A stretch of DNA of 64,000 nucleotides from Lytechinus pictus (GCF_037042905.1 NC_087248.1:5642001-5706000), one strand, 5' to 3'. Positions 11,101-25,631 are shown, numbered from the stretch's first letter. Notes: a model not told the origin generated them from the letters alone. Made by a program: numbers and translations.

Positions 11101-13905
11101 TTCTTTACAGATTTCTTTTTTTATTCGTAATGTATGAAAACCCAATTCTATCAAAATTTCACATACATGTGCGAAGGTGACTTCATATCTATCTAATATG
11201 TAATCAGATTTATCTCATTATTTACTTTATTTAGAGTTTATTTATTTTTAAATTATTTTTGAAAGGGAGGGGAAGGGATACATGTTTTGATATACATGAG
11301 TGGGTGGTTTGTTGGTATATGAATAAAAGAATTGGATGAAAATACAGGTGAATCTGCCCAAGTTGAATCACACTTGATTGGATCACAGAAATTTGTTTAA
11401 CTTGTGCAACTCTAAATACTACATACATGTACATGTATTGGGCATATTCTGGATCCCATTTCATAAAGATTTGATAACAAATGCACAGTTTATTATCAGC
11501 CAATGCGATTGAAGAATTTCAACAGCTTTTAACTGTTTTTTAATTGGTCTGATGGGAATGCTTTGACTTGGATAATTATTCAACCATTTGAAAGCCAGCT
11601 TATGTAGGATACTGGGTATGGTTTGTTTAACATGACCTACATGTAAATGTATTTAAAATGTAATCTCTTTATTAATGTAAGCATTAACACCTATTCCTTT
11701 GTGTTTGTTTGATACTCTTAGTCACTAATGAAGAAGAGTGCCGCTATGTCAGACTTCATGACCAACCCCACAATCAACAAGAAGGCTAAAATCAGTAAGT
11801 CTGTGTTATATTAAGCTTGAAGTGACTTAAAACTAAACTAACATAGTTTCAGTCAACCATGATTTATTGAGAAACTCTTTGAAAAGAAGGTCAATTAATA
11901 GACAGGTTCAGAGCAATTTCCAGAAATGTTAAAAAAGAGCCCTGAAAAATACTTGCATTTCAAGTAAAGATACATGTGAGTAAAGATAATGTGAGAATGC
12001 CATAAGTAGTCAAATTTCTTGTGACTACAGAAATATGGTGACTTAGGCCAAATTCAACTTTGGAGACTTAACTAACACATTCTTTGCTCAAGCTGATCTG
12101 AAAAATTGCGACATTGAGAAGGTTGATTCATCCAGAATCTGCTTTGTTGAAGTTAGTGCTTAAAGATTTTTTTCGGGGAAACTAAAGATAGTTTTTTGTT
12201 TGTCTTTTGTAGGTGTAATATCTGATGTACTGAAGGGAGAGAAGATGTCTGATTCCACAGTAAACTTCTTCAGCATGTTAGCAGAGAATGGACGTCTTAA
12301 CAAGGTGAAGGTTATCTTTGTTGCTTGGAGAAAGATCATGGCTGCACACAGAGGAGAGATTGTGTGCAATGTCACTACGGCAAAGGTTAGTAATCAAAGT
12401 GTCGGATGGTCTTATTCTGATTCCATCACCAAAATACCCGTAAATTTACGAGAACTTATTTAGGCCTCAAAATAACCAGTAATTCTGTTACGCATTCATA
12501 CCTATACGAACCTGGTGATTTTGGGGTAAGTTCTTGAGCATGCGCAGTATGTTCTGAGTAGCAGATAACTAGTCTTGGAATATACACATTAAGATGATCA
12601 TTAATAATACAGAGATTTTTTAAAGGGGGAACTTCATTGTTTTGAAGGTAAAAGTATGTGTTTGAATATATTGAGTGGTGAATTAGTGTGTTATCATTCA
12701 AGTGGGTCTATATGACAAGACTACTCTGCTCAGAATGTTGCATTGTGGTTTAAGAACCTGACCAGGTTTGAGTAGTTGAGGACTGAGGTGTTGCTGTACA
12801 AGGCTACTGGTTTGCTGTATCACTCCTAATTCTCATTTCATTCTAGTCTTTTAAGTCACCCACTATGATATTTTATAGACCCAATGAGTTAATTGATTGG
12901 TGAATATATCTTATATTCAATGCAGGCTTAAACGCTTTTGATTCAAGTCAACACAGCCCTAACACCCACTGTATTTCATAGGCTCAATAAGTTAATCGAT
13001 TTGTGAATATACCATCCCTATTCATTGCAGGCTTAAACGCTTTAAATTCAAGTCAACTCAGTCATAACACTATCATATTTCATAGGCTCAATGAGTTAAA
13101 TGATTTGTAAATATATCTTCCCTATACATTGCAGGCTTTGGATTCTAGTCAACAGAAGCAGGTTCAAGAAGCTCTCAAGGCTTTTGTCAAGAAGGGTGAA
13201 TCATTGCAGCTCAACCTCAATGTAAGTTCTATATTAAGTTGACCTTCCATAAGTCTTACAATTGCCTAAGTCAAAGCAGTTTTTCTGACCAGATTATGCT
13301 CAGAATGTGTTACATGTCCCTTAGTTGAATTTTGCCTCAATCAAGATTTTTTAGTCCCGAGAGGTTTGGCTGAGGCAGATTCAACCATATGTACCTTTAG
13401 GAATAGAGTTTACATTCTAGTCGTAGTACCACAATGAGTAGCTTGATTAATTCATAATTTTCATTTGTACTCCACTTTGTAGAACTTTTTTACATTACCC
13501 CAGTCTCAATGTATTTATCCTGTCATCTTTTCTAAATTGTCTTTTCCCATTTTCAGATTGTTCCTTAATTTAGCTCAACATTACACCTTTATGTGTGAGA
13601 TAACACATATGTGAAAAAAACCAAGTACACTCTCAAATTGAATTCTAGCATTGATCCAATTCTACTGTGGACTATATGGATTCTGGAACTGGGGCAGCTA
13701 GTCATATTATGCCTCACACTAATGCTGCTGAACACTCTTGCTGAACTTCAATGTTTCATGTCTGTTCATCTTTATTTTCTTTCGTTCCCAGGTTGACCCA
13801 GCACTGATCGGAGGTATGATCGTGGAGGTCGGCGATAAGTACGTTGACATGTCTACCGCATCAAAGGTCAGGAACCTCACAAACCTCATCAAGGAAGCAG
13901 CATAA
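8117..13905 (+). CDS. ATP5PO: ATP synthase peripheral stalk subunit OSCP (subunit O), 209 aa, 7 exons
   Basis: Exons 8117-8143, 10657-10701, 10970-11080, 11722-11794, 12213-12385, 13135-13221, 13792-13905; all GT-AG and in frame. Motifs [64 protein letters not shown] at 14429. Confidence 0.97.
10156..10578. mobile_element. MITE with CAGACCTGCCAACC TIRs (ATP5PO intron 1)
   Basis: Perfect 14-bp terminal inverted repeat; no clear TSD. Confidence 0.6.
12861..13153 (+). repeat. ~105-bp tandem triplication including the ATP5PO exon-6 splice acceptor
   Basis: Three diverged copies of ...ttgcag|GCT...ATTC(A/T)AGTCAAC; AG ends at 12925, 13030 and 13134 (the last is the used acceptor). Confidence 0.8.
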
Positions 13906-14868
13906 CCTTTGACCTTTGAACCCTTGTAAATGAATATTAGAGAATTTATAGTGATGAAGTGTGTATTCCAGTTACACAATGTGGGGGTGACTTTGCTTGG
14001 GGCAGAAGTTGTACTCCATGGATAAATGGGAAACTCAGAGCAAATTGGGACCTGTTGGATGTGGTCATATGTACATCCTTGGTATGATAAATTTACTTGA
14101 AACCTATTCTTTAAATCACCCAGTTCCAAGTCACATGGATTATTATCAATAAGAAAAATATTTGTTTAAACCAAGAGATCCATGTATATCTTACAGGAAA
14201 GATACTTGTTCAAACCCAGAAGATCCATGTATACTATACATGTATAACTCATGAGTATGTATTCACATACAAACTTCTTTTTAATTATCCCTCGCTGATC
14301 ACTATGGGTGTTATTTGAGATGTATTTATGCCATTGAAAACACTTTGCCACTCTGATGTAATGTGGAATTTTCAAAGAACTTTGCTGGAATTTGACCATA
14401 TATTTGTGTATCTTTGAATAGAGAATGTAATAAATACAATGAAAATTTAACGTGTCAATATCAATGTCTGATTTTGTTGGCCTTTAAAGGATTTTCAGTG
14501 TAGGATAATTCTCAGAAAAATGTTACAATCCTTTGTTATGACCATCTTTTGACCCATAGCCTCAATCAAAGTCTTGCACAGTCTCTATGACATTTTTGTC
14601 AGGACAATAACTGCATTCATGCTTGGTGGCTCCTGATGTTTTACATGCAAACAAGTTTGTTAAATCCATACAACACTTATTTGTGCTGTGCTTTTATATT
14701 TTGGGATTGGGATTTGCTGAGCACGGAGAACAGGTGCAGTGTGTGCCTTGTCTATTTGTATTCATTCTTGCATGGGTTTGTCAGAGGCTGGGGGTCAACT
14801 GATAGGGGGAGTTGAGTTAATTACTTTTTTGAATGACCCTGGTTTTCTTGGTTTATTTTCATTTGGTC

Positions 14869-15249
14869 TAATGCCAATTCGTCCAATTACCAACTCGTTT
14901 ACTATCATTTGGTCTACCATCAGTTCGTCCACTATCCACATGGTCTAATTGCCATTTTTTCCACTCACCATTTCGTCTAATAACCAGTTGGTTCAATGGC
15001 CAATTTAGTCCATATACTATTTGGTCTAATTGGACTAAGTGTTAATTGTGCAACATGAATGAAAATTAAATGGATATTAGACCAACTGGTTATGAGACGA
15101 AATGGTCATGGACGAACTGGGGATTAGAATAAGTGATTATTGGCCCAAATGGTTGTTAGACGAAATGTTGATGGACGGAATGGCATTAGACTAAAAGAAG
15201 GTAGACCATGTGATGAGTGGACGAGTTAGCAATAGACGAATTGGCAATT
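14869..15249. mobile_element. Foldback/palindromic MITE-like element
   Basis: TGCCAATTCGTCCAATTACCAACTCGT is inverted at ACGAGTTAGCAATAGACGAATTGGCA; internal ~17-bp subrepeats switch orientation in the middle. Confidence 0.6.
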
Positions 15250-15314
15250 TCCCTTCTTTCGCAAAGGAATGTATTTGAAGGTGGGAGCATTGGCATCAAA
15301 TTAAACATCATCAG

Positions 15315-15472
15315 GGGCCCGTTTCATAAAGATTTACAACTGTCGTAACTTTGCCATTATGGCAACTACCATGGCAACCTTGATTCTGATTGGCTGCTGA
15401 GCCCTGTTACCATGGTAGTTGCCATAATGACAAAGTTACAACGGTTGCAAGTCCTTTATGAAACGGGGCCCC
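15315..15472. mobile_element. Short hairpin PIF/Harbinger-like MITE
   Basis: GGGCCCGTTTCATAAAG...CTTTATGAAACGGGGCCC; nearly fully palindromic; left flank CAG. Confidence 0.7.
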
Positions 15473-16037
15473 TTATCAGTTATGCAGCCTGTACACAATC
15501 AGAATAATCTATTGCCCAGTAAAATAGTTAAATTATAGGTTTAAAGGTGGATTTCTCACAAAGTTGAATCAATAATGTTACAGAAAGGGACAATTGCATT
15601 ACTTTCACTTTTTAAGTGAAATAATGCAAATCTTTACAATTTTACTAAGTCTTATCAGATTTTTTTTTTTTTTTTTTTTTTTTTGGGGGGGGGGTTAGAT
15701 CTGGCTCAATTAATGCCCAATGATACTAATGACACTGTCTTCCTTTTGTGAAAATGATAAAAGTAACTAACGAAAGTAAATGTGATTTTAATGTGCCATA
15801 TCTGCTCTGCATTGCTGAATGCACAAAGGAAAGAGAAATATATATTTCTATACAATTTCATGCAACACGCCCAAAGACAAAGAGACAGTGAAAAATCAAT
15901 TTTTTATCAAGATAACAATTTTTCATGAGACATACTTAGACTGGGGGTTAATCAGTTTGAACATATTGAAAGCTTGTCATCGTTTAGATGTGTATATAAA
16001 CAATCTGAACACATTTTAAAGTCAAATTGACACACAT

Positions 16038-16522
16038 TTCACTCTGACAAAAAGTTCATCGTAAAAATAGCAGAAAAAATCATAAAAAATATTGCCAATG
16101 CTTTGAGAAAAATCCATAAAAGAATTAAAAAGTTATTAGAATTTTAATTATTTGATTTGTGATGTCATATGCGAGCAGCATTCCTACATAGCGAATGGTA
16201 AAGAGTCCATGAAAAGTCATTTTCTCAAAAAAGTAAAAATGTTACTGTACCTTTTGTATATCAAAAGACGAATTATTTCACATCCGATCATGAATAGAAA
16301 ACAAAAATAGGTCATCACGAACCATTAAAAAAAATAAATTAATGTATTTTATATTACATGATATATGGGGCAGCTGCTCGTTTATGACGTCACAAATCCA
16401 CAACTGAAAAATTCTAATAACTTTCTTAATCTTTAACATATTTTCCTTAAACCTTCACCAATATTTTTTATTATTTTTTTCTGCTAATTTTACATTTTTT
16501 TTCCTCAGGACGAACTTCCCCT
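16038..16522. mobile_element. TTAA-type (Kolobok-like) MITE, family 2, damaged left end
   Basis: Right end GAACTTCCCCT|TTAA; similar to the 55605-56387 copy. Confidence 0.55.
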
Positions 16523-16695
16523 TTAAAGATGATGATTACGGGGGGGGGGGGGGCTCATCGAAATGTAGAAATTAAGGAAATATGAGAGTGGCAAGGGAAG
16601 GAGAAAGGAAGGGGAAGAGGAGTAGAGAGAGGGAAGAGAAAAAATGAGAGAGGGGTGGGGAGAGAAAGAGAGGAGAGGGATTAAAAGACAGTTAA

Positions 16696-17280
16696 AGGAC
16701 AAGTCCACCCCAACCATTAGTTGATTTGAATAAAAAGAGAAAATTCCAACAAGCCAACAAGCATAACACTGAAAATTTCATCAAAATCGGATGTAAAATA
16801 AGAAAGTTATGGCATTTGAAAGTTTTGCTTAATTTCACAAAACAGTTATATGCACATCCTGGTCGGTATGCAAATGAAAGACTGATGACGTCATCCACTC
16901 ACTATTTCTGTTGTATTTCATTATATGAAATATTCAAATTTTCTCCTCATTGTCAAGTGAAACAAAGATAAATTCCTCTCTGAACACGTGGAATTAGCAT
17001 TGTTCTAATACTTAATGGTTCAGTCAAGTTGTTTCTTATTGTCAAATCTGTAAAAAAATGAAATATTTTATAATTCAAACAATAAAAAACAAAAGAAATA
17101 GTGAGTGATGGACATCATCACTGAGATGTGTATATAACTGTTTTGTGAAAAATAAGCGAAACTTTTAAATGTCATAACTTTCTTATTTTACATCCGATTT
17201 TGATGATTTTTTTAGCGTTTTGCTAGTTTGATTTTTCTCTATTCATTCAAATCATCATTTTTCTGGGGTGGACTTGACCT
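16696..17280. mobile_element. TTAA-flanked Kolobok-like MITE, family 1, copy 1 (167 bp upstream of the GST ATG)
   Basis: TTAA|AGGACAAGTCCACCCC...GGGGTGGACTTGACCT; ~130-bp TIRs; five copies in the window. Confidence 0.85.
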
Positions 17281-17447
17281 TTTAAAATAAATATTGACTA
17301 TTTTATTCACTAGAACGAAGCCAAATAGTATGCGTCTGTAATGCTTTACAATTCCAAAGTCTAACAATTTCATCATGTCCCCTGACTGATTGTAATATTG
17401 ATATATAGTGATCAGAGGCCAGAGGGCCGGCATTTTCAGAATTCAAG

Positions 17448-20400
17448 ATGGCAGAAGGCAAACCTCGTCTAACATATTTCGCAGGTCGGGGGTTAGCTGA
17501 ACCCATTCGACTGGCTTTTTCAGCATCGGGAATCCAAGTAAGTATGGGGACAGGACTAGGACTCAAGATAAACACCAATCACCAAAGCGATATTTACAGA
17601 GTTTTTATACATTCATTGTTTGACACCCCAAGTCGGTGTTTTATTTCTGAATGGATACGAAACTGGTCAGTCTTTTCCCTTCAATCTCAAAACTGCAATA
17701 TTCAAGGATGGGGGGGGGGGGGGGGGGGGAGGGGGGTAAAGTTCTTATTTTTCTAATTCAATGAGGCTACCATAATCCAAAATAGAAACCCCCAAGCTTC
17801 TCTCTGATACCTTTCGTACCCCCGTTGTCATGCATGACTAAATTTATCTAGAAGACAACGGTATGGGTTTCACTTTTTGCAAGTTAGTGCAAAAAAAGTG
17901 AAGTGAGTGGTACCTTACTGTTATGGGAGTGCGTTCATCATCAAGGCAGACGAAAGGGCTAGAGGCCAATAAATAAATCTGTCATCTGACACTTGTGGTG
18001 GAGTGCGCACTGGAAGCGTTTTGAATTAAAAAAAAATGAAAAGGGATAGTTGCATCAGGTCCCATTTCCCCCACATATTATAATTATAGTAAATCAAAAT
18101 ACTTAAAATTGCCAGTAGTACACTAAAGGTGCAGTCATCGCCATTTTGATGTTTGTATGCAATTTGTTAATACTCTCACTTTAAATGTCATATCATTGTT
18201 TTCACTTTTTGATCTGCATGTATTTTATTTTCAGTATGAAGACGTTTACCTCGAATCGAGAGATCAGTTATTGCAGTTGATACAAGGTAGACAAGAAAGT
18301 GCTGATAATACAAAACAGACCAAAACGAAGAAAAATGGAGGGGGGGGGGGGGGGGCTAATCATGAAATAGAATAACCAGATTGTATTTTTTTTTCGTGTA
18401 CACGCGGCGTTTATTGAAAAAAGTGTGTGGGGGTGGGTGAGGGTGAAGACCCCGCCCTCCCTAGTTCAGTGGCCCATAACTCTTCTTTATTTTCGTTGAA
18501 CATGACATATACATCGAATATACCCACCAAGAAGCAAGTCGCAAGGGTCTGTATTTCTGGATACATGCAGTTTCATTATTTAAAATGGTGACTTTCGTTT
18601 CGTTAGTAATTACTAGAGAAACCATGCACTGAAACATTTTGGAAACTTTGCAATTATATACTTAATTTATCATTGAAAACTTTGAATTGATTAGAAGATA
18701 TTATCATCCCTTGTATTACATAGGAACCTAGTCTTTTGAACTGCACAGAAGCAATGAAGTAAATTGAGGTTTATTTTATCCATATTTATAGTAACTATCA
18801 CAAAAGCATTTACTATGAGAGTATGGTAGTTAAAAAAATGGCAAGTTACCACAGATCGAAGTAAATTCAAGAGAACTATGCCACTATGGTATTGTTTCAT
18901 TTTTTTTTAGATGGAAAGTTGATGTTCAAACAGGTTCCACTGCTTGAGGTAAACGGTCAGTGCTTGATCGGTGGTGAAGCCATTCTCAGATACGCATGTA
19001 GGGAGGGAAACTTAGAGGGAAAAACAAACGAAGAAAAAACACGGTTAGTATGTATTTTCATCATTCAGAGAGTAAGTGAGAAATATTTAATGTCTTAGGA
19101 CTTAAGGTCTGCTAAATGCACAGATTATTATTATTTTTTACTCATCTATATGCACAAGGATCGCCAAATGATATTTGAAGGGTACCCCAACCTGAAGCTA
19201 GGATGAAAAACTATCAAAATTAAATAAGCGAAAGACTGAAATTTCTATAAAAGTCTGATTTAGAGTAATATACATTTTGACACCCGGACGTTACGTTATA
19301 GTTTTTTTTGTGAACACATACAAAATTATTTTTGTTGTGCAACTTTCGTCGCATATCCAATTCCATGATCCTATTTTGTGGAAGAAATGTATATTATATG
19401 ACTGATAAATTTTCGTTGAGAAGATCGAATGTGTCTATAAATTTTAGACATGATTCCCTATAATCAATGCTCTGGTTTTTTTTGGCGAAATTTGTGCTAC
19501 AGAGTAGACATGCTGTCGATGGGGGCAAAAGACATGGAATTCCCAAACCTGATGTCACCAGCGTTTATCGAGGTAATAACATCAAAGGAAGCCGCTGATG
19601 AAGCACGTGAGAAGGGCGTCAAGGGGTGCAGAGAACGGTATCTACCAGTCTTTGAAAAGGTACTTAAAGGTCAAGTCCACCTCAGAAAAATGTTGGTTTG
19701 AATCAATAGAGAAAAATCAGGCAAGCACAATGCTGAAAATTTCATCAAAATCGGATGTAAAATAAGAAAGTTATGACATTTTAAAGTTTCGCTTATTTTT
19801 CACAAAATAGTTATATGCACAATTTAGTCACATGCAAATGAGAGAATCGATGATGTCCCTAACTCACTATTTTTTTTGTTTTTTATTTTTTGAATTATAC
19901 AATATTTCAATTTTTACAGATTTGACAATAAGGACCAATTTGACTGATCCATAAAATGTTAAACAATGGTAGTTCAGGGAGAAATAAAACTTTGTTTCAC
20001 AGGACAATGGGTAGAAAATTAGAATATTTCATATTTCATATAATAAAATACAAAGGAAATAGTGAGTGAGTGATGTCATCAGTTTCCTCATTTGCATACC
20101 GACCGGGATGTACATATAACTATTTTGTGAAATTAAGCAAAATTTAAAAATATCATAACTTTCTTATTTTACATCCGATTTTGATGAAATTTTCAGTGTT
20201 GTGCTTTTTTTATTTTTCTCTTTTTATTCAAATCCAACTTTTTGTTGGGGTGGACTTGTCCTTTAAAAGAGAGTGAGAGAATGAGAGGGATAGGGGGCTC
20301 TGAGAGGGGTTGGGAAAGGAAGAGAGGGGGATTGGAGGGGTTTCATTTTGGAAGTATCATGACTTTCATAGCTGGATAGAGGGATAGAGAAATACACGTA

Positions 20401-21699
20401 GGAGAGAGAAAAAGGCCCAAGCATATTTGAGACGGATATTTAGAGCCAATGTTACTAAAAATACTAAAGACAATAATCTTTTCCTATTCATGAAAGATTT
20501 AATCTTTTTTTAAAAAAGTTATTAAATTTGACGCTCCTTGAAACTGTGATTTAATTGTTTCATCTCTTCAAATGACAACTTTTAGTTTGATATCGACTGT
20601 CTATCTTAAACACAAATGAAAAGACAAGAGACGAGACGAGTTTTAACGGAAGTGGTGATTTTTTCCCCTCATAGATGTATAAATTCTATCGATCTCGTCA
20701 CTTACTCCAATCATTAGCTTTTAGATGAAAGTACATCTGGCTTTCTGGTTGGGGATTCAATGACCATGGCTGATATCACGTTGTTTGATGCTCTTTGCTA
20801 TCTTCACGAAGATCCAAAGCTTAAACCAGATCTTGAGAACTTTCCTCGATGCTCGGTGAGTACACTCTTCAAGTCTGGGGCCTGTTGCATGAAAGAAAAA
20901 CTCTGGTAATTTGTTTGCCAGATAGTTTTTCAATGTGTTAAGTGTCAATGGCATAGTTTTGTTTGCCAGAGTTTTTGCTTCTTTGCCAGATTGTTTTTAA
21001 TGTTAAAAGGTTTATGCAACAGGTCCCAGATAATCATATACTGATCGAGGTAGCGGTGCATGGGTCGGAGGCTGGCGGGGGCACCCCTAGAGGATAAAAC
21101 AATTTTACTTTAAGATGTAACGCTCGTTGGCCTCCGCTCCTGGATCCCTATTAACCCCCTCCTTTCGCTTGCAAGCTTTTTTTTCCTCGATAATGCTGTA
21201 GTTGTCTTGCCAACACGCCCCCCAAAAAAAACAAAATAAAAAATCACTGAATCAAGAAAAAAAAAAGTTTTTCCCCCGCTAGGGGGGAAATAAAACCCCC
21301 GAGTAGGGCCTTTTGTTTCCTAAAAGATCATTATTTTAAAAATAACAATACATAACTTCAAATTATAATTCCAAATTACAGTGCACTTCAAATAAAATGT
21401 AGGCTATACTGAATATGTTTAATTAATTTTGAATGTCTTGCAATAGATGCTTCAAAAGAAACTTTTTAATTACGGTATGTTTTCTTTTATATTGAAACTT
21501 CTGCATTATCCCCTGCTTTAGACATTCTTATCAAAACGCTCTGATTTTCATTTTTATCTGTATTCTGTAGGCCTTTATTGACCATTTCTCCCAGCAGTCT
21601 GGCATTAAGGAATACCTGGCCAGTCCTCGTCGAAAGCCGCTGCCATACCCAGAATATGCCAAACATTGCTGTGATGTACTCAACCTGACAGGAAATTAA
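17448..21699 (+). CDS. Glutathione S-transferase, alpha-class-like, 232 aa, 6 exons
   Basis: Exons 17448-17537, 18235-18286, 18911-19043, 19503-19659, 20718-20855, 21571-21699; in frame. Motifs KPRLTYFAGRG, GKLMFKQVPLLEVNG, RYLPVFEK, FLVGDSMTMADI, IKEYLASPRRKP. The 52- and 133-nt exons match recalled GSTA exon sizes. Confidence 0.92.
19668..20262. mobile_element. Kolobok-like MITE family 1, copy 2 (opposite orientation), 8 nt into GST intron 4
   Basis: TTAA at 19664-19667 and 20263-20266; termini AGGTCAAGTCCAC / GTGGACTTGTCCT. Confidence 0.88.
20878..21026. mobile_element. Short Harbinger-like MITE
   Basis: CTG|GGGCCTGTTGCAT...ATGCAACAGGTCC|CAG. Confidence 0.65.
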
Positions 21700-22504
21700 A
21701 ATTCCAATGTTTGAAGTACACCGAAGCTGAGTTGACCGTAAAAGATATACAAATTCTTAATAGATGAGAGATAAAAAAATGTCATAAGATTTGCATGCAA
21801 TTATTATAAATTGTATCATAATTTGGGGCTAACCTGGATTAGCATCTTGCTATTCTGCTAGCTCCAATACCAAATGTTTTGTTTATATGTGATGTACTAT
21901 TCCATGTAATTGTACCTGACAGTGATATTTGGTAATAAATTCAATTCAATTCAATTACATGTATAGTGTTCTAGAATGTATGATATTGATGATTATCTAC
22001 AGATATATCTGAACAAGTGTATCACTGAGGAGGCATCATTATCATTATTGTCTTCTTCCTGATCATTATCTCTATCATTACTATCATTTTAGTTATCGCC
22101 ACCATCATCAACGCCACCACCACCACCACCACCAATATCAGCATTATCATATACATGTATCATACAAATACAATCTCATTCAGCCACTCTATAAACACTC
22201 CCTTAAAATTCCATCACAATTTTACTTAATGTCCAAGTAAACACAAAACTGAGAGACGACAAACTATTACAAAACGACACATGTTCTAACATATAACTAT
22301 GTTTATTCACATCGTGAACAACAAGTATTTTCTACAATAAATATATAAATGTATAACAAACATATCATGTAATTGTATTTATATCTACTCTTCTTAAAGA
22401 GGGCAAGTACATGTATAACCATGATAACTCTTTACTTCTTTGCAAGAAAGAAGTATTCTGGTGAGTGATTCATGACACTTTACTTGTTTATGACTTTAGT
22501 TTAA

Positions 22505-22782
22505 GGCTTGGTCCCACAGCACTTACGGATGCAGAGAGGATGTAAAACGGAAAAGAATTTTGCAATCCATTGGAAAACGTTATGTATCCGTTGTGAACTC
22601 TTTGCGTACGTGTTTCATACGCTCTATATCCATCGAGCATCCGTCCACTGTGATTTCATTGTTCGCCCATTTTGTCCATTGTCTGGAGCGGATAAAGACG
22701 GATGGAGCCACCCTGAAATTTTGCTTGTCCGCTGTATCCGTTATGAATACGTTTTGTGTCTGTCGGCCAGTGGGACCAGGCC
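22505..22782. mobile_element. Harbinger-like MITE
   Basis: TIRs GGCTTGGTCCCAC / GTGGGACCAGGCC; left flank TAA. Confidence 0.65.
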
Positions 22783-25631
22783 TTTAGATGACAATAATAA
22801 TTTAATAACAAGAATGGACACTTGTACAGTGCCTGTATCTGCTGTGTTTGGATGCTGTTTGACATTACGCTTAGACATTGTTATCCATGCCATTTTTCTG
22901 GTACATATTCATTTACACCTGGGTGGAGAGTGGCAAACATAGACAAATGACTAGCCAAAGGCCATTATTGCTGTGCTTGGATTTGAACACAGGACCTTTG
23001 GTTTAAAGCCCACTAATCCACAACATATCTCAGCCAATCAGATCAACAATTGAAAGTAGCTTAAAACAGTTGTTTTCATGATAAACATCATTTCAAGGAG
23101 CTTGTCATTACTGTGTCATCACTGACTGTATACTGTAGTGACAGTCAAACCCAGAATTTCACTATCAATATCACTGAATGCAAATTTTTATCATGACATA
23201 CAGAATGATGTAATATATAAGATATTCATTTTTCTCCAAATATACCACAGCAACAGATATGAAATCTGCCTGTGAATAAAAAAATCACAGGCAGACCTGT
23301 GGGATCCAAACATCCCCCAACAAATTAATTATTCCAATGATGACATACTGATGTAGTTCATGAAATGACGACTACAGCAATATAAGCATCTATTTCTGTG
23401 TAATCATGGTATGATATATCCTAAAATGGGGCATATAGTCAAGGCATGAAAAAAAAAAAAGTTGAATAAAGGGAACAAATAAAATAATTCAGGAAAACAA
23501 CAATAAACTGATAGACAAACACTCTATTCAAATAATTAACACTCTTTGGACTTACAATGCATGGACAAGCTGTATATAAAAATACACAACCCACAATATT
23601 GCATGTACAAGCAAAACTACACTAAAATTGGAACAAATCTGCCAACATAATACAACTCATGTGTCCTACAAAGCTGTGTATTAGCCTATTTTGTGCATCA
23701 TTCTTAAAGTGACTTGAAACAGTGATAATTGAGATCTAAGATAATTTATGATCATATGTGAGAAAAACTGTGACAAGGAACTGGTATGGTGTTTCATGTC
23801 ACATGACCATGGATAATACAGATTATGTAATGTGCCAGATGGGTGGTAGCCTACACATGTTATATGTTTTCTTTATAGGTCTGTCATGAATCAAGGAATA
23901 AAAAACATATTGTCATTTGGCTTTACAAAGATTTCTAAATGGAAACAGAAAAAATAAGAAATAGGTCTTCAGAATTGTGGTCATAATGACATGTTTATTG
24001 TTTGACAAAGGATTATTTAATTCATCCAAGTACTTTTAAAGAGATACTGAATTGAATTCCATCCAAGGTAGACACAAAACTGAAGTATACTCATCCATGA
24101 TACACCATTCTGCTTGGCACATATCAATGATGATAGTCAGATAGTCTATTACCCTGATTAATTCTAACCTGGCAAGATAGTGACTACATGTATGTAATAC
24201 TCAATGACACTTTAAACATGCTACATATATAAAGATGTGGTACAAAAACCGTTTCTTGTAAAACACACAGAATACAATCACCACAATAATCTAAAATACA
24301 AGTAATTTTTAAAATTAATAATCATACTATTCTGTTTCATTTTAAATAAATGTGTCTAGCAATAATAAATTTGAATAAATTAGAATTTTAAAAATCAGAA
24401 ATTTTCAATGTCAACAATTGATTAAAAGAATCTGAACAGTTGGTCCATTGATAACTAAAGTAGAACTATAAACATTCATAACAATATCATATAAATTTTA
24501 TATTATTTTTTCTGAACAGACTGTGATCTACGAAACAAAGACTGATTACACAGTTAAATACATAATATCTGTTAATAGGATCATAAATAATGAGTTGTAC
24601 ATTGATGTAATAAAGTTACCTACAAAATTGCAATCTAGTAATCTATTAATACTGATCCAGCAGCAAAATGGTCTAGTACTTTCTCCAAGTATAAGTTTAA
24701 CATTTCTATTTCTGATTACATGTCACAGCATAATCTTTAAAAACCCAACTGCAACAATTGAATATGATTTTATGATGAGTTTAATGATTTTCTCCATATT
24801 ATATCAATGCCAACATTCCACTGTGGATTGTAAAAAACGCACCATAAAATACTACTAAACAAAATGTTCCTACAATTCATAATTCATGTTATAATTATTC
24901 ACATGGACAGCCATATACATAAGTCATGCACAAATTTGTTACAGTAGAAATAATTTATCTGTGAAAACCAAAAAAGGAAAAATGTCTGCCTTAAGAGGGA
25001 CAGTATCAATACTCTCATGTTTCTTCACATGTGCTTCATCAATATATACTGGATGAGATTAGGATTGGGTTCATAATATTCTTCTTCCTCAGAGAAATAT
25101 TTCATTTGACAATTGATACAAAGTAAATACATGACTGCGTACTATTACCCCCGGCTTTAGCATGGCTACTCTTATATGAAAGTACTATTAATGAATCCAG
25201 GTCAGTGTTTTGAAAAAAATGTGTATGCAATTGCAAATATGATCTTAGTTGGCCATTGCAATTAGCAATCAAACTTTTGGTACAGGGCGAGGTATGCACC
25301 TTGTATGGCTTCTTAACTATCTTTACTTCTATTGAATATAAACACATTGTATGGCTGCCCCTAATTACATTTGCATATTTTGTATGCATTCACTAGCAAT
25401 CTCAACATTTATATTTAGCATCCAAGTACAGTTGTAGTACTTCTTTAAATAAAATTTTATGTCAAGGTAATAAAAAATGCAGAATGTTGAGTTTAAGTAG
25501 CATATATCATTATTCACTGCATGAAAAGGAAATAATTGTAGAATATACTACATAACTACGATTGTACATGTCAAATAAAAAATGTGATCATACTAGTATA
25601 ATACAATTATCTTATGAAGATTGTTTTCATC

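Noticed and set aside
22508-22942. 144-aa ORF
   Set aside because: Lies mostly within a Harbinger-like MITE; no transposase motifs.
22970-23010. tRNA gene (B-box-like on minus strand)
   Set aside because: No cloverleaf; at most a decayed SINE head.
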